Shown here one piece after another: positions 9,969 through 19,761 of a stretch of 64,000 nt of DNA (position 1 is the stretch's first letter; every line of letters begins with the position of its first letter). Both the position numbers and the translations under genes were made by a program. Below the pieces are notes generated by a model, which saw only the letters and a list, made by a program, of their open reading frames with translations, ran no database searches and was not told where the DNA came from. Source of the DNA: Gemmatimonadales bacterium. GTDB lineage: Bacteria > Krumholzibacteriota > Krumholzibacteriia > LZORAL124-64-63. The DNA is taken from assembly GCA_019038745.1 (NCBI GenBank), contig JAHOYV010000029.1, positions 9,943 through 73,942 of the forward strand, given 5' to 3'.

Positions 9969-10274
9969 CTACTCGGTCTGGAAACCAATACCCTGGGAGG
10001 GGTCAGGTTGTCCGGCCAGCTTGATCTCCCCGTTAACTCCTTCGAATCGCTCGATGTTCGCCGCCAGGGACTTCTGCAGGGCCTTGGCCGACTGGGGAGT
10101 CATGATGATTCGGGCGTGAACCTTGGTCTTGGGTAAACCGGGTACGATCCGGGCAAAATCCAGGATGAATTCGGCTGGACTGCTGGAGATCAAGGTCAGA
10201 TTGGAATAGATGCCCTCGGCTTCTTTTTCACCCAGATCCAGCGTGATTCGTTGTTGAGGTGGCTTTGCGTTCAT
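9969..10274 (-). CDS. DUF3467 domain protein
   Basis: 101 aa. The motif YSNLTLISSSPAEFILDF matches the DUF3467 signature (..V.V.HSP.EFVLDF). Strong RBS AAGGAGAGG 8 nt upstream of the ATG. Confidence 0.5.
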   Translation of the reverse strand: MNAKPPQQRITLDLGEKEAEGIYSNLTLISSSPAEFILDFARIVPGLPKTKVHARIIMTPQSAKALQKSLAANIERFEGVNGEIKLAGQPDPSQGIGFQTE

Positions 10275-10440
10275 AAAAATTCCTCTCCTTAATTTGTTTT
10301 CGATTCAGTACCAGGGTTCGCATTGGCTACTGTATAGGGGAACCGATGAAATCCCTTCACGTTGACACTTCGCCGGGCGAGTGATAGCTTCCCGGCGGCG
10401 GGGAGTCCTCCCTGTTTCCTTATAGCGAAAGAAAACGACA

Positions 10441-11427
10441 ATGTCTCCGAATTTCAAGCAGATCATTGACAATTTCACTGGCCGAAGGTTGGCAGTTGTC
10501 GGGGACAGTATGCTGGATCGCTTTCTCTGGGGAAGAGTGGACAGAATCAGCCCCGAAGCTCCGGTCCCGGTGGTTCGTCTGGAAAAGGAGACCACCAAAC
10601 TCGGCGGAGCTGCCAATGTTGCGGCCAATATCCGAGCTCTTGGCGCCGAAGTCACTCTGTTCGGAGTCTGGGGTGCTGATGCCGAGGGACTCAGGATGCG
10701 CGAATTGCTGGTTGAACGGGGTATCGAACCGCAGGGGATGATAACCGACGAGGGACGTCCTACCACCATCAAGACCCGGATCATCGCCCACAACCAGCAG
10801 GTCGTCCGGACGGACCGGGAGCAGGACGGTCCGGTCTGTGCCGACGTTATCGACCGCCTTGTTTCGGGTTGGCAATCCGCCGCCGGACAATTTGACGGCA
10901 TCATAATCAGTGATTACGGCAAAGGGGTACTCTCTCGCTCGGTCCTGGAAGGCTTGATCAAATTCGGCTGTCGGGAGGGAATTCCCGTGGTGGTCGATCC
11001 CAAGAAAGGGAATTTCAGCCAGTACACAGGAGCCACTTCCCTGACTCCCAATCAGAAGGAGGCTGAACAGGCCTGCGCCACCCAGATTGTTGATGAGGAA
11101 ACCCTTTCGGAGGTCGGTGGCACTATCCTGCGCAGGACTCGGGCCGAGGCTGTTTTGGTGACGCGAGGCGAGCACGGGATGGCTCTTTTTCAAAAGGAGG
11201 GTCCCGAGCATCACCTGCCGACTCGTGCGACCATGGTCTACGATGTAACCGGGGCGGGAGATACCGTGATCGCGGTGTATACCACGGCCCTGGCCACTGG
11301 AGCTGATTTTCCTGCTGCGGCCGCCTTGGCCAACTATGCTGCAGGCATAGCCGTACGAGAACTTGGAACCGCCGAGGTGAAAGCTGCTCAATTGGTAGAA
11401 CTTCTTGCAGAGCAGGGGGATAGTTGA
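10441..11427 (+). CDS. hldA: D-glycero-beta-D-manno-heptose-7-phosphate kinase (RfaE domain I, PfkB family) as a separate gene
   Basis: PfkB ribokinase-like fold with DTVGAGD-type motif (VTGAGDTV) and N-terminal GDSMLD. It is followed by the separate adenylyltransferase. Confidence 0.75.
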   Translation: MSPNFKQIIDNFTGRRLAVVGDSMLDRFLWGRVDRISPEAPVPVVRLEKETTKLGGAANVAANIRALGAEVTLFGVWGADAEGLRMRELLVERGIEPQGMITDEGRPTTIKTRIIAHNQQVVRTDREQDGPVCADVIDRLVSGWQSAAGQFDGIIISDYGKGVLSRSVLEGLIKFGCREGIPVVVDPKKGNFSQYTGATSLTPNQKEAEQACATQIVDEETLSEVGGTILRRTRAEAVLVTRGEHGMALFQKEGPEHHLPTRATMVYDVTGAGDTVIAVYTTALATGADFPAAAALANYAAGIAVRELGTAEVKAAQLVELLAEQGDS

Positions 11428-11915
11428 TGTCAGGGCCTGGTCTTGGGCTGATTCTGAAGCGCGCCGAACTGGCTTCCTGGGCTGATGAAGTTCATGCCTC
11501 CGGTCGGACCATTGCTTTTACCAATGGTTGTTTTGACCTATTGCACAGCGGCCATCTTTTCAGTCTGGAACAGGCGGCCGCCACGGCCGACGAGTTGGTC
11601 GTTGCTCTCAACAGCGATGAATCCGTGCGGGAGCTCAAGGGACCCGGGCGTCCCATCCTGACCGCCCGGGAGAGGGCCTCACTGATTGCCGCCTTGCGGC
11701 CTGTTTCCCTGGTCACTATTTTCTCGGAGCCAACACCCCTGGAGACAATTCTCCAGATTCGGGTTGATGTGCTCGTAAAGGGGTCCGAGTACGAAGAAGC
11801 GGACATTGTCGGCGGCCGGGAGGTTCTCTCCTGGGGTGGCCAAATTGTTCGCGTTCCCATGGTGGTGGGCAAATCGACCTCCCAGATCATCGCAGCGATC
11901 CGGCAATTGCCCTGA
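11424..11915 (+). CDS. hldC: D-glycero-beta-D-manno-heptose-1-phosphate adenylyltransferase (RfaE domain II, cytidylyltransferase-like)
   Basis: FTNGCFDLLHSGH nucleotidyltransferase motif, about 160 aa. 4-nt overlap with hldA. Confidence 0.75.
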   Translation: MMSGPGLGLILKRAELASWADEVHASGRTIAFTNGCFDLLHSGHLFSLEQAAATADELVVALNSDESVRELKGPGRPILTARERASLIAALRPVSLVTIFSEPTPLETILQIRVDVLVKGSEYEEADIVGGREVLSWGGQIVRVPMVVGKSTSQIIAAIRQLP

Positions 11916-11958
11916 TCGTTGCGGCCTTCCGGGCCACACAGGCCGAACAGGAGTTAAA

Positions 11959-13275
11959 ATGAGCAAGCTGAAAATTATCATCCTCGGCGCCGCCGGGCGC
12001 GATTTCCACAACTTCAACTGTCGCTACCGCGGGAACGATGCTTACGAAGTGATGGCCTTCACTGCCACCCAGATTCCCGATATCGATGGTCGTAGGTATC
12101 CTGCCGAATTGGCCGGCGACTTGTATCCCAATGGGATTCCTATCGAAGACGAATCCAACCTGGTTGCCCTGATCGCCGAGCACAAAGCTGATCTTTGCGT
12201 CATGTCCTACAGTGACCGTTCCTACCAGCAGGTAATGAGCCTCGCCTCGGTCGTCAACGCGGCCGGTGCCGATTTCTCCATGCTCGGTGAGCGGGAGACC
12301 CAAATCAAAAGCACCAAGCCCGTGATCAGTGTAGGTGCTGTGCGCACCGGCTGTGGCAAGAGCCAGACCAGTCGACGCATTTGCGAGATCCTGCGCAAGG
12401 CCGGCAAGAAGGTCGTGGCCATCCGTCACCCGATGCCCTATGGCGACCTGGTCGCCCAGAAGGTACAGCGTTTCGCCGAAATCGCCGATCTCGAGAAGCA
12501 CAAGTGCACTATTGAGGAGATGGAGGAGTACGAACCTCACATCGTGGCCGGCGGGGTTATTTACGCCGGCGTGGACTACGAGGCCATCCTGCGCGAAGCC
12601 GAGAAGGAAGCGGACATCATTCTGTGGGACGGGGGCAACAACGATACTCCCTTCTACAAGAGTGACCTGCACGTGGTCGTGGCCGACCCGCATCGGCCGG
12701 GACACGAGAATACCTATTTCCCGAGCGAGACGAACATTCGCCTGGCTGATGTGGTGATCATCAACAAGGTTGTCGAGGCCGAGTTCGAGAACATCGAGCA
12801 GGTCCGGGACAACGTCCGGGAGATCAATCCGGACGCGGTGATCATTGATGCGGCGAGTCCCTTGACCCTCGAGGGTGATTTGGACCTGAACGGCTTGCGC
12901 GTGCTGGTCGTCGAGGATGGTCCCACCCTGACCCACGGCAACATGGCCTACGGTGCCGGCGTCGTCGCCGCTCTGCGCATGGGGGCGGAGGAACTTGTGG
13001 ATCCGAGGCCCTGGGCCACGGGCAAGTTGGCCGAAACATTCGAACTCTATCCCGAGGTCGGCACGCTGTTGCCCGCCATGGGCTACGGAGACGAGCAGAT
13101 TGCCGATCTGGAGAAGACCATCAACGCCGTCGATTGCGACGCCGTCGTGATCGGTACTCCGATCGACCTGAACCGTATCGTCAAGATCGACAAGCCCAAC
13201 GTTCGAGTAAGCTACGAACTCCAGGAAATCGGAGAGCCGAACCTGGAACACCTGCTGGCCAAGTTCATCGGCTAG
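11959..13275 (+). CDS. P-loop protein resembling cyclic 2,3-diphosphoglycerate synthetase (otherwise archaeal, methanogen-type)
   Basis: 438 aa. N-terminus KLKIIILGAAGRDFHNFN, internal Walker-A-like ISVGAVRTGCGKSQT and Walker-B-like IILWDGGNND. AGGAG RBS. The true start is the internal ATG at 11959, not the track start at 11806. Confidence 0.4.
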   Translation: MSKLKIIILGAAGRDFHNFNCRYRGNDAYEVMAFTATQIPDIDGRRYPAELAGDLYPNGIPIEDESNLVALIAEHKADLCVMSYSDRSYQQVMSLASVVNAAGADFSMLGERETQIKSTKPVISVGAVRTGCGKSQTSRRICEILRKAGKKVVAIRHPMPYGDLVAQKVQRFAEIADLEKHKCTIEEMEEYEPHIVAGGVIYAGVDYEAILREAEKEADIILWDGGNNDTPFYKSDLHVVVADPHRPGHENTYFPSETNIRLADVVIINKVVEAEFENIEQVRDNVREINPDAVIIDAASPLTLEGDLDLNGLRVLVVEDGPTLTHGNMAYGAGVVAALRMGAEELVDPRPWATGKLAETFELYPEVGTLLPAMGYGDEQIADLEKTINAVDCDAVVIGTPIDLNRIVKIDKPNVRVSYELQEIGEPNLEHLLAKFIG

Positions 13276-13289
13276 CGTCACGATAGAGG

Positions 13290-13330
13290 CCGGCCGGGGA
13301 AAATCAAACCCCGGCCGGTCACGCCATTTT
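13290..13330 (+). terminator. GC-rich hairpin with delayed T-tract after the cDPGS-like gene
   Basis: 10-bp stem CCGGCCGGGG / CCCCGGCCGG with loop AAAATCAAA. A TTTT run sits 8 nt downstream, so this is a weak intrinsic terminator. Confidence 0.4.
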
Positions 13331-13344
13331 CCGGGAGGAATTCC

Positions 13345-14475
13345 GTGAATATTCACGAGTATCAGGCCAAGGAGATCTTTACCGGCTTCGGGTTGCCCGT
13401 GCCGGGCGGAAAGGTCGCTACTACCACCGAAGATTCCGTCGCTTTGGCGAACGAATTCGGCTACCCCGTGATGGTCAAGTGCCAGGTCCTGACTGGTGGC
13501 CGGGGCAAGGCCGGCGGTATCAAGTTCTGCGAAACCGAGGCGGATGTACGCAAAAACGCCGAAGCTATTCTCGGCATGGACATCAAAGGTCACACCGTCA
13601 AGACCGTATTGATCACGCCGGCCGTGGACATTGAATCCGAGTACTACGTCGGCATGCTCATCGACCGGAACACCAAGCGAATTCTGCTGATGGCCAGCGC
13701 CGAGGGTGGCGTGGAAATCGAGCAGGTAGCCAAGGATACTCCGGAACTCATCTTCAAGCAGCCCATCGACCCACGCTTTGGACTGCTCGATCACGAGGCG
13801 ATGGACATGGGCATGCGTCTTTGTCCAACCGACATCAAGAAGGCCCGCCAGTTGGCCTCGGCCATGCAGAAACTCTACCAGGCCTTTGTTCACTCCGACG
13901 CCAGCTTAGCCGAGATCAATCCCTTCATCTTCACTCCCGAGGGCAGGGGTCACGCCATCGACGCCAAGGTGAACCTCGACGACAATGCCATTTTTAGGCA
14001 TTCGGACTACGAGCCCATGCGTGACCTGGACGCCGAAGATCCCAGTGAACGGGCCGCCCGTGAGGCGAACCTGAGCTTCGTCAAGCTCAGCGGAAACGTG
14101 GGTTGCCTGGTCAACGGGGCCGGCTTGGCCATGGCTACGATGGACTTGGTCAAATATTACGGTGGCCAACCCGCCAACTTCCTGGACATCGGCGGCAGCT
14201 CGAATCCGGAAAAGGTGGTCAACGCCCTGAAAATCATTTTGGCCGATGAAGAAGTGAAGGTCATTCTCTTCAATATCTTTGGTGGCATCACTCGATGCGA
14301 CGACGTGGCCAAGGGCATTATTGCCGCCACCGAAATCATGGACATCAAGGTGCCCATTGTCGTGCGGCTGACTGGAACCAACGAGGAGGAGGGCCGGGCG
14401 TTGCTGTCCAAGACCGATCTGGTTCCGGCTACCACAATGGATGAAGCCGTCAAGAAAGCCATCGAGCTGGGTTAG
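13345..14475 (+). CDS. sucC: Succinyl-CoA synthetase beta subunit (ADP-forming)
   Basis: ATP-grasp N-domain, then GGRGKAGG and CoA-ligase C-domain (GNVGCLVNGAGLAMATMD). GTG start with GGGAGG RBS. Confidence 0.85.
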   Translation: MNIHEYQAKEIFTGFGLPVPGGKVATTTEDSVALANEFGYPVMVKCQVLTGGRGKAGGIKFCETEADVRKNAEAILGMDIKGHTVKTVLITPAVDIESEYYVGMLIDRNTKRILLMASAEGGVEIEQVAKDTPELIFKQPIDPRFGLLDHEAMDMGMRLCPTDIKKARQLASAMQKLYQAFVHSDASLAEINPFIFTPEGRGHAIDAKVNLDDNAIFRHSDYEPMRDLDAEDPSERAAREANLSFVKLSGNVGCLVNGAGLAMATMDLVKYYGGQPANFLDIGGSSNPEKVVNALKIILADEEVKVILFNIFGGITRCDDVAKGIIAATEIMDIKVPIVVRLTGTNEEEGRALLSKTDLVPATTMDEAVKKAIELG

Positions 14476-14557
14476 ATAGCCAGTTGGCCGGTTGAAGTGA
14501 TTTTTTTCGGTACTAATTTTTGCGCGCAATACGCGCTTTGAAGAGGAGAGAGTTCAA

Positions 14558-15433
14558 ATGGCGATTTTTGTCGACGACTCAACCAAGGTTGTCGTGCAGG
14601 GAATCACCGGGCGTGATGGCGGTTTCCACTCCAGCCAAATGCTGGCTTACGGGACCAAAATCGTCGCCGGTGTTACTCCCGGCCGCGGCGGACAGAAATT
14701 CGAGGACAAGGTTCCCGTTTATAATTCGGTGAAAGAGGCCGTGCAGGAAAAGGGGGCCAACACGTCTGTCATTTTCGTTCCGCCCTTTGGCGCTGCCGGT
14801 GCCATTTATGAAGCGGCTGATGCTGGGTGCAAGCTCATCGTCTGCATCACCGAAGGTGTGCCCACCTGCGACATGGTCAAGGTTATGCCCTACTTGGAGG
14901 AGCGCGGTGTGCGGCTGATCGGCCCCAACTGCCCTGGTCTGCTGGCCCCAGGTATTGCCAAGCTGGGCATTCTGCCCACCAGCATCGTCAAGGAAGGGCC
15001 GGTGGGCCTCGTGTCCCGTAGCGGTACCCTGACCTACGAAGTAGTCTACCAGCTGTCTGCCGCCGGCCTTGGCCAGACCACTTGTTTGGGAATCGGCGGT
15101 GACCCTGTGATCGGCACTACCTTCATGGATGCCATCAAGGCCTTCAACGATGATCCCCTGACCGAGGCTTTCGTCATGATCGGTGAAATTGGCGGCGACG
15201 CCGAAGAGCAGGCTGCGGCCTGGATCAAGGAAAACTGCAAGAAGCCGGTTGTCAGCTTCATCGCAGGCCAGACGGCACCTCCGGGTAAACGGATGGGACA
15301 CGCCGGCGCCATCGTCAGCGGTGGAACCGGGACGGCGGCCGAGAAGAAAATAGCCCTTGAAGCGGCTGGCATTCCTGTCGCCGAACGACCGATGGATATT
15401 GTTCCCTGTCTCCAGGAAATCTGGAAGAAGTAG
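14558..15433 (+). CDS. sucD: Succinyl-CoA synthetase alpha subunit
   Basis: CoA-binding VQGITGRDG, catalytic His region SRSGTLTYE..., 291 aa. Immediately downstream of sucC. Confidence 0.85.
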   Translation: MAIFVDDSTKVVVQGITGRDGGFHSSQMLAYGTKIVAGVTPGRGGQKFEDKVPVYNSVKEAVQEKGANTSVIFVPPFGAAGAIYEAADAGCKLIVCITEGVPTCDMVKVMPYLEERGVRLIGPNCPGLLAPGIAKLGILPTSIVKEGPVGLVSRSGTLTYEVVYQLSAAGLGQTTCLGIGGDPVIGTTFMDAIKAFNDDPLTEAFVMIGEIGGDAEEQAAAWIKENCKKPVVSFIAGQTAPPGKRMGHAGAIVSGGTGTAAEKKIALEAAGIPVAERPMDIVPCLQEIWKK

Positions 15434-15528
15434 GGGCGTACTCTTGATATCTTTTGCGGGCGCCTGCTGGATCATGTGCGCCCGCAGATACTGGCAGGCC
15501 TAAGTGGTTGCTGTGGAATGGAATACTG

Positions 15529-15936
15529 ATGGAACGTACATACTTCATGATCAAGCCGGAAATTGTCGCCGCTGGGGGCCAGCGGATTGGGGACATCCTG
15601 GCAATAGTCAATACCGCTGATTTTCGGGTTACGAACCTCCATATGAGGCAATTGGACCGCGCTCTGGTGGAGGAATTCTATGCGGAGCACAAGGACAAGC
15701 CATTTTTTGGAGCCTTGTGCGACTACATCACAAGTGGTCCGGTGGTGGCAGTGGGTCTGGAACGGGACAACGCTGTTTCCGCATTGCGTGAGCTGATCGG
15801 AGCCACGAATCCAGTGGAGGCGGCAACCGGCACGATCCGAGACATATTCGGCGCATCCCTGCAGAATAACGCCGTCCATGCATCGGCCAATTCCGGAGAC
15901 GCCTCTCGGGAGTTGGGGCTTGTTTTCGGGGAATGA
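15529..15936 (+). CDS. ndk: Nucleoside diphosphate kinase
   Basis: MERTYFMIKPE N-terminus, active-site NAVHASAN (H) motif, about 135 aa. The internal Met at 15529 is the true start. Confidence 0.85.
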   Translation: MERTYFMIKPEIVAAGGQRIGDILAIVNTADFRVTNLHMRQLDRALVEEFYAEHKDKPFFGALCDYITSGPVVAVGLERDNAVSALRELIGATNPVEAATGTIRDIFGASLQNNAVHASANSGDASRELGLVFGE

Positions 15937-15982
15937 GGCGGCAAAGCTTCTTTGCGGCGCTAAACGGTGCAGGCTGCAAAAC

Positions 15983-16012
15983 TTGACACTCCACCGACCG
16001 TTTATTAAAGTG
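15983..16012 (+). promoter_or_regulatory. Candidate sigma-70-type promoter for the yceD-rpmF-plsX-fab operon
   Basis: TTGACA at 15983-15988, a 17-nt spacer and TAAAGT (a 15-nt spacer gives ATTAAA). Lies about 25 nt upstream of yceD. Confidence 0.3.
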
Positions 16013-16022
16013 TGGCGCTTGT

Positions 16023-16502
16023 ATGAAACTGGATCTTGACAGGCAGGGCGATGGCCGATCCGAACTCGTCATTGACGGGGTTCTGGACTTGGGACTCTCT
16101 GAAGGCCGCGCGACCCAGGCAAAGGTCCGGGGTACACTTTTAGTCGATAACATTCAGAGCAGGTTCGTGATTACGGGCGTGCTTTCGGTCTCCGGCAGGG
16201 CTGAATGTGGACGGTGTTTGACTGAGTTTGACCTTTTTTGGGATGCTTCTGTCGAGATAACTATTCTGCGGCGGGTGGATCCCGACGAGACTGAGGGCCA
16301 ATCCCTGGTTTTGCATCAGGCCACCGGTGAAGTGGATCTGATGGGGTCGCTTCGTGAGTGTGTGATTCTGGGCTATCCCCAGTTGTCCGTCTGTCGTGAA
16401 GATTGCAAGGGGTTGTGTGCCCAGTGCGGTGCGGACTTAAACGAAGGCATTTGTAATTGCACCGAAGTGGAAGTTGACCCCAGGTGGGAAGGGCTTCCCT
16501 GA
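16023..16502 (+). CDS. yceD: YceD/DUF177 family protein (large-subunit ribosomal protein L32 accumulation factor)
   Basis: 159 aa, Cys-rich C-terminus (CxxC...CxC), canonical position directly upstream of rpmF. Confidence 0.7.
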   Translation: MKLDLDRQGDGRSELVIDGVLDLGLSEGRATQAKVRGTLLVDNIQSRFVITGVLSVSGRAECGRCLTEFDLFWDASVEITILRRVDPDETEGQSLVLHQATGEVDLMGSLRECVILGYPQLSVCREDCKGLCAQCGADLNEGICNCTEVEVDPRWEGLP

Positions 16503-16582
16503 CGGTGGATATTTGGTCTGAATTGGCTTTTTTGACCCGGGCCGTTGTGCCGGGAATTGATTTGGAATCCAAGGAGTGAAAA

Positions 16583-16762
16583 ATGGCCGTCCCCAAGAAA
16601 AAAACATCCCAATCCCGCAAGGGTAAACGTCGTGCTAACTGGCATTTGGCGGAGCCAAACATAAACAAGTGTCCTCACTGTAGTGCTGCTCGCCTGCCAC
16701 ATCGCGTTTGCCGGGAGTGTGGTTATTATGGTGAACGGGAAGTGATTGTCGTCGAATCCTGA
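16583..16762 (+). CDS. rpmF: 50S ribosomal protein L32
   Basis: 59 aa: MAVPKKKTSQSRKGKRRANWHL..CPHC..CRECGYY. Falls below the ORF-track length cutoff. AAGGAG RBS. Confidence 0.85.
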   Translation: MAVPKKKTSQSRKGKRRANWHLAEPNINKCPHCSAARLPHRVCRECGYYGEREVIVVES

Positions 16763-16804
16763 TTTTCGGGATTCACGTGATTGCCTCTTTGTTCCTGCAG
16801 GGGT

Positions 16805-16874
16805 TGCTGCAATTGATGCTGCAATAGTTGCCCAGCTTATTTGTAGGGTGATTTGATGCAGAAACTTGATGCAG
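16805..16874 (+). promoter_or_regulatory. Cluster of short direct and palindromic repeats upstream of plsX; candidate operator for fatty-acid synthesis genes
   Basis: TGCTGCAAT at 16805-16813 and 16817-16825 (each a TGC-N-GCA palindrome). TTGATGCAG at 16853-16861 and 16866-16874. An 8-bp palindrome TCACGTGA sits just upstream. Confidence 0.3.
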
Positions 16875-16936
16875 CTTTCGCCATCCCGGCCAGGGGATGC
16901 ATTGCGAATCGCTTTCTCCGATAGGGAGGTCGGGCA

Positions 16937-17932
16937 ATGAGCGAAAATCCAAGACCTATAATCGCCGTGGACGCCATGGGAGGGGATCATGGCCCCCAGG
17001 TAATTGTTCCCGGTGCAGTGGCTGCTTTATCTGCCGATTCTCCTTATGATATCGTTTTTTATGGTAACCAGGTGGAAATTGAGGCCCAACTGGATCAGCT
17101 TCAGATCGATGGCTTACCGGTCTCGGTGGTGAACTGTACGCAGGATATCGCCATGGAGGAATCTCCGGCCTCGGCTATCCGGAATAAAAAAGACAGCCCC
17201 ATCGTTCGGGCCATGGTGGACCAGAAGGCCGGGCTGGTAAGGGCCGTTGTCTCAGCTGGGTCCACTGGGGCCATGGTGGCCGGGAGCATCTTTATTTTGG
17301 GGCGTCTACCCGGCATCGACCGGCCCGCCATAGCCTCGCTCATTCCCACCATCCGGGGGGAGCTGCTCCTCCTGGACGTCGGCGCCAATGTACAATGTAC
17401 TCCCGAACACATTCTCTCTTTCGCCCAAATGGGCGAGGTTTTCGTACGGGAGATATTGAAGGTTGAACGGCCCACCGTTGGGCAGCTTAACATTGGTGAA
17501 GAAGCAAAGAAGGGAACCGAACTCTGCACCGCCTCCTACGAACTGCTGGCCGGGGCCGGTTTCGACTTCATCGGCAATGTGGAAGGTAACCAGTTCATGC
17601 TCGGACCCTGTGATGTGGTTGTGACCGATGGTTTCACAGGAAATAATACATTGAAGCTGGTGGAGGGGGTCGCCCGTTTCCTGGGTGCCTTGAGCAAACG
17701 TGACAGCTTGACCGAGGCTGAGAAAGCTGCCTTCAAACCCGTGCTTGGCCTTTTGATGCGCGATTTTTCCTACGAACCGTACGGGGGTGCGGTACTGCTC
17801 GGCGTGGCCGGTATCAGCATCATTGCACATGGCCGCAGTTCCTGTTTGGCCACTACCAACGCGGTGAAGGAGGCCTGGAAGCAGATTGACATCGATCTCC
17901 CGGCCAAACTGGTCGCTGCCCGGGATTCCTGA
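16937..17932 (+). CDS. plsX: Phosphate acyltransferase PlsX
   Basis: IAVDAMGGDHGP N-terminus, 331 aa, upstream of the fab genes. Confidence 0.85.
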   Translation: MSENPRPIIAVDAMGGDHGPQVIVPGAVAALSADSPYDIVFYGNQVEIEAQLDQLQIDGLPVSVVNCTQDIAMEESPASAIRNKKDSPIVRAMVDQKAGLVRAVVSAGSTGAMVAGSIFILGRLPGIDRPAIASLIPTIRGELLLLDVGANVQCTPEHILSFAQMGEVFVREILKVERPTVGQLNIGEEAKKGTELCTASYELLAGAGFDFIGNVEGNQFMLGPCDVVVTDGFTGNNTLKLVEGVARFLGALSKRDSLTEAEKAAFKPVLGLLMRDFSYEPYGGAVLLGVAGISIIAHGRSSCLATTNAVKEAWKQIDIDLPAKLVAARDS

Positions 17933-17974
17933 ATCGGATCTTAAACTTTTTCAGCCTGCCCGAGGAGTGCAGTC

Positions 17975-18937
17975 ATGTATTCAGTTCCCATGATTTTCCC
18001 AGGTCAAGCTTCCCAAGCTGTTGGGATGGCCAGGGATCTTGCCGAAGCCGGAGGGTCGGCCGCCGATTTTCTGGGCCAGGTCAACGGCATTCTGGGTGAT
18101 GACTTGACCAGTATCATGTTCTCAGGACCGGCCGAAGTGTTGACCGAAACCCACAATGCCCAACCCGCTATCCTGGCTCATTCGGTCGCCGTCGTGCTGG
18201 CCTTGCGCGAATTGGGTGTCACTCCATCCCTGGTTGCCGGACATTCCCTTGGGGAGTTCAGCGCGGCGGTTGCCGCCGGAGCCCTGGCCCCGTCGGACGC
18301 AGTTAGTATTGTGCGGAAACGTGGTGAGTTGATGTTCTCTGCAGGGAAGGAAATTCCAGGGACCATGGCTGCGGTCATGGGACTTGCCGGGCCGCAGGTG
18401 ACCGAGGTTTGTGCCCGAATTTCCGCCAAGGTTGGGATCGTCGTGTTGGCCAACCACAACTCCGATGGACAAGTGGCCATTTCCGGCGAGGTAGCTGCTG
18501 TTGAAGCCGCCGGTGTTGCGCTCAAAGAGGCGGGCGCTCGTCGAATTATTCCACTCAACGTCAGCGGTGCCTTCCATTCCCCATTGTTGGAGGGTGCTGC
18601 CGCTGATTTTGCCGCTTTCCTGGATGGAATTCAGGTCGCTGACTCGGAAGTACCCCTGATAGCCAATGTTACGGCTGCGCCGGTAGTTGCAGGACCGGAA
18701 TTGAAGACGGGTTTCGTAAGACAACTCACTTCTCCCGTCCTCTGGCACGACATCATGAAATTGATCGGGGTACCTTCTGACGGTGGCTCGACTGTGGTCC
18801 TGGAAGTGGGCCCCGGCAAGGTCTTGACAAATCTTGCCAAGAGGGCGTATCCAGGAGTACATTTCCTGCCTGTCGGGACGGTTGAGGACTTGGCAAGGGT
18901 TGGGGATTTCCTGGGTGAGCACCTTGATCGCGAATAA
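17975..18937 (+). CDS. fabD: Malonyl CoA-ACP transacylase
   Basis: FPGQASQ, GHSLGEFSAAV active-site serine motif, 320 aa. Confidence 0.85.
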   Translation: MYSVPMIFPGQASQAVGMARDLAEAGGSAADFLGQVNGILGDDLTSIMFSGPAEVLTETHNAQPAILAHSVAVVLALRELGVTPSLVAGHSLGEFSAAVAAGALAPSDAVSIVRKRGELMFSAGKEIPGTMAAVMGLAGPQVTEVCARISAKVGIVVLANHNSDGQVAISGEVAAVEAAGVALKEAGARRIIPLNVSGAFHSPLLEGAAADFAAFLDGIQVADSEVPLIANVTAAPVVAGPELKTGFVRQLTSPVLWHDIMKLIGVPSDGGSTVVLEVGPGKVLTNLAKRAYPGVHFLPVGTVEDLARVGDFLGEHLDRE

Positions 18938-18994
18938 TGGGGTCAAAGTCGAGTGCGTTGGAGTCTACACCAACAATAGAAATGAGATACGACC

Positions 18995-19726
18995 ATGAGC
19001 AAAGGCAGCGTGATCGTTACGGGAGCCAGCAGGGGGATAGGCACGGATATCGCCCGGGAGCTGGCTGCTGCAGGCTACGACTTGGCGCTGGTTGCTCGGA
19101 GCGCCGATCGTCTGGAAGAATTGGCCTCGGAGTTGGGTGGAGCTACCCGCGTTAAGGCCTGGCCAGGTGACATCTCCAGTTGGGATGATGCCCAGAGGAT
19201 CACTAATGAAGTGAATGAGGAATTCGAGGGAATCCACGGTCTGGTCAACAACGCCGGTGTGACGCAGGATGGACTATTTGTCCGCATGAGCCCGGAGAAT
19301 TGGCAGAAGCCGATTGACATCAATCTCAATGGAACCTTCTTCTTTACAAGGGCCGCCGCCCCTCTTATGATGCGGCAGCGGCAGGGGAGAATAATCAACA
19401 TCTCCTCAGTTATTGGTCTGACCGGGAATGCCGGCCAGGCTAATTACGCTGCCAGCAAGGCTGGCATCGTAGCCCTGACCAAATCAGTGGCCAAGGAATT
19501 GGGCGGTCGCGGAGTTACGGCAAATGTCATTGCTCCGGGCTTTATCGCCACTGATATGACGGCTGATCTTCCCGAGAAGGTCAGGACCGGTATGCTGAGT
19601 CAGATTCCCCTGAAGCGATTCGGTGAGGGGAAGGATGTCGCCGGCGTGGTCAAGTTCCTTTTGTCTCCAGAAGCTTCGTACATCACCGGGCAGGTCCTGG
19701 TGGTGGACGGTGGCATGATCGCCTAG
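18995..19726 (+). CDS. fabG: 3-oxoacyl-ACP reductase
   Basis: SDR: TGASRGIG, NNAG, YAASKAG (YxxxK), 243 aa. Confidence 0.85.
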   Translation: MSKGSVIVTGASRGIGTDIARELAAAGYDLALVARSADRLEELASELGGATRVKAWPGDISSWDDAQRITNEVNEEFEGIHGLVNNAGVTQDGLFVRMSPENWQKPIDINLNGTFFFTRAAAPLMMRQRQGRIINISSVIGLTGNAGQANYAASKAGIVALTKSVAKELGGRGVTANVIAPGFIATDMTADLPEKVRTGMLSQIPLKRFGEGKDVAGVVKFLLSPEASYITGQVLVVDGGMIA

Positions 19727-19761
19727 TCAATCTATCACGTTCCCCAGGAGGGTAACCGGAA

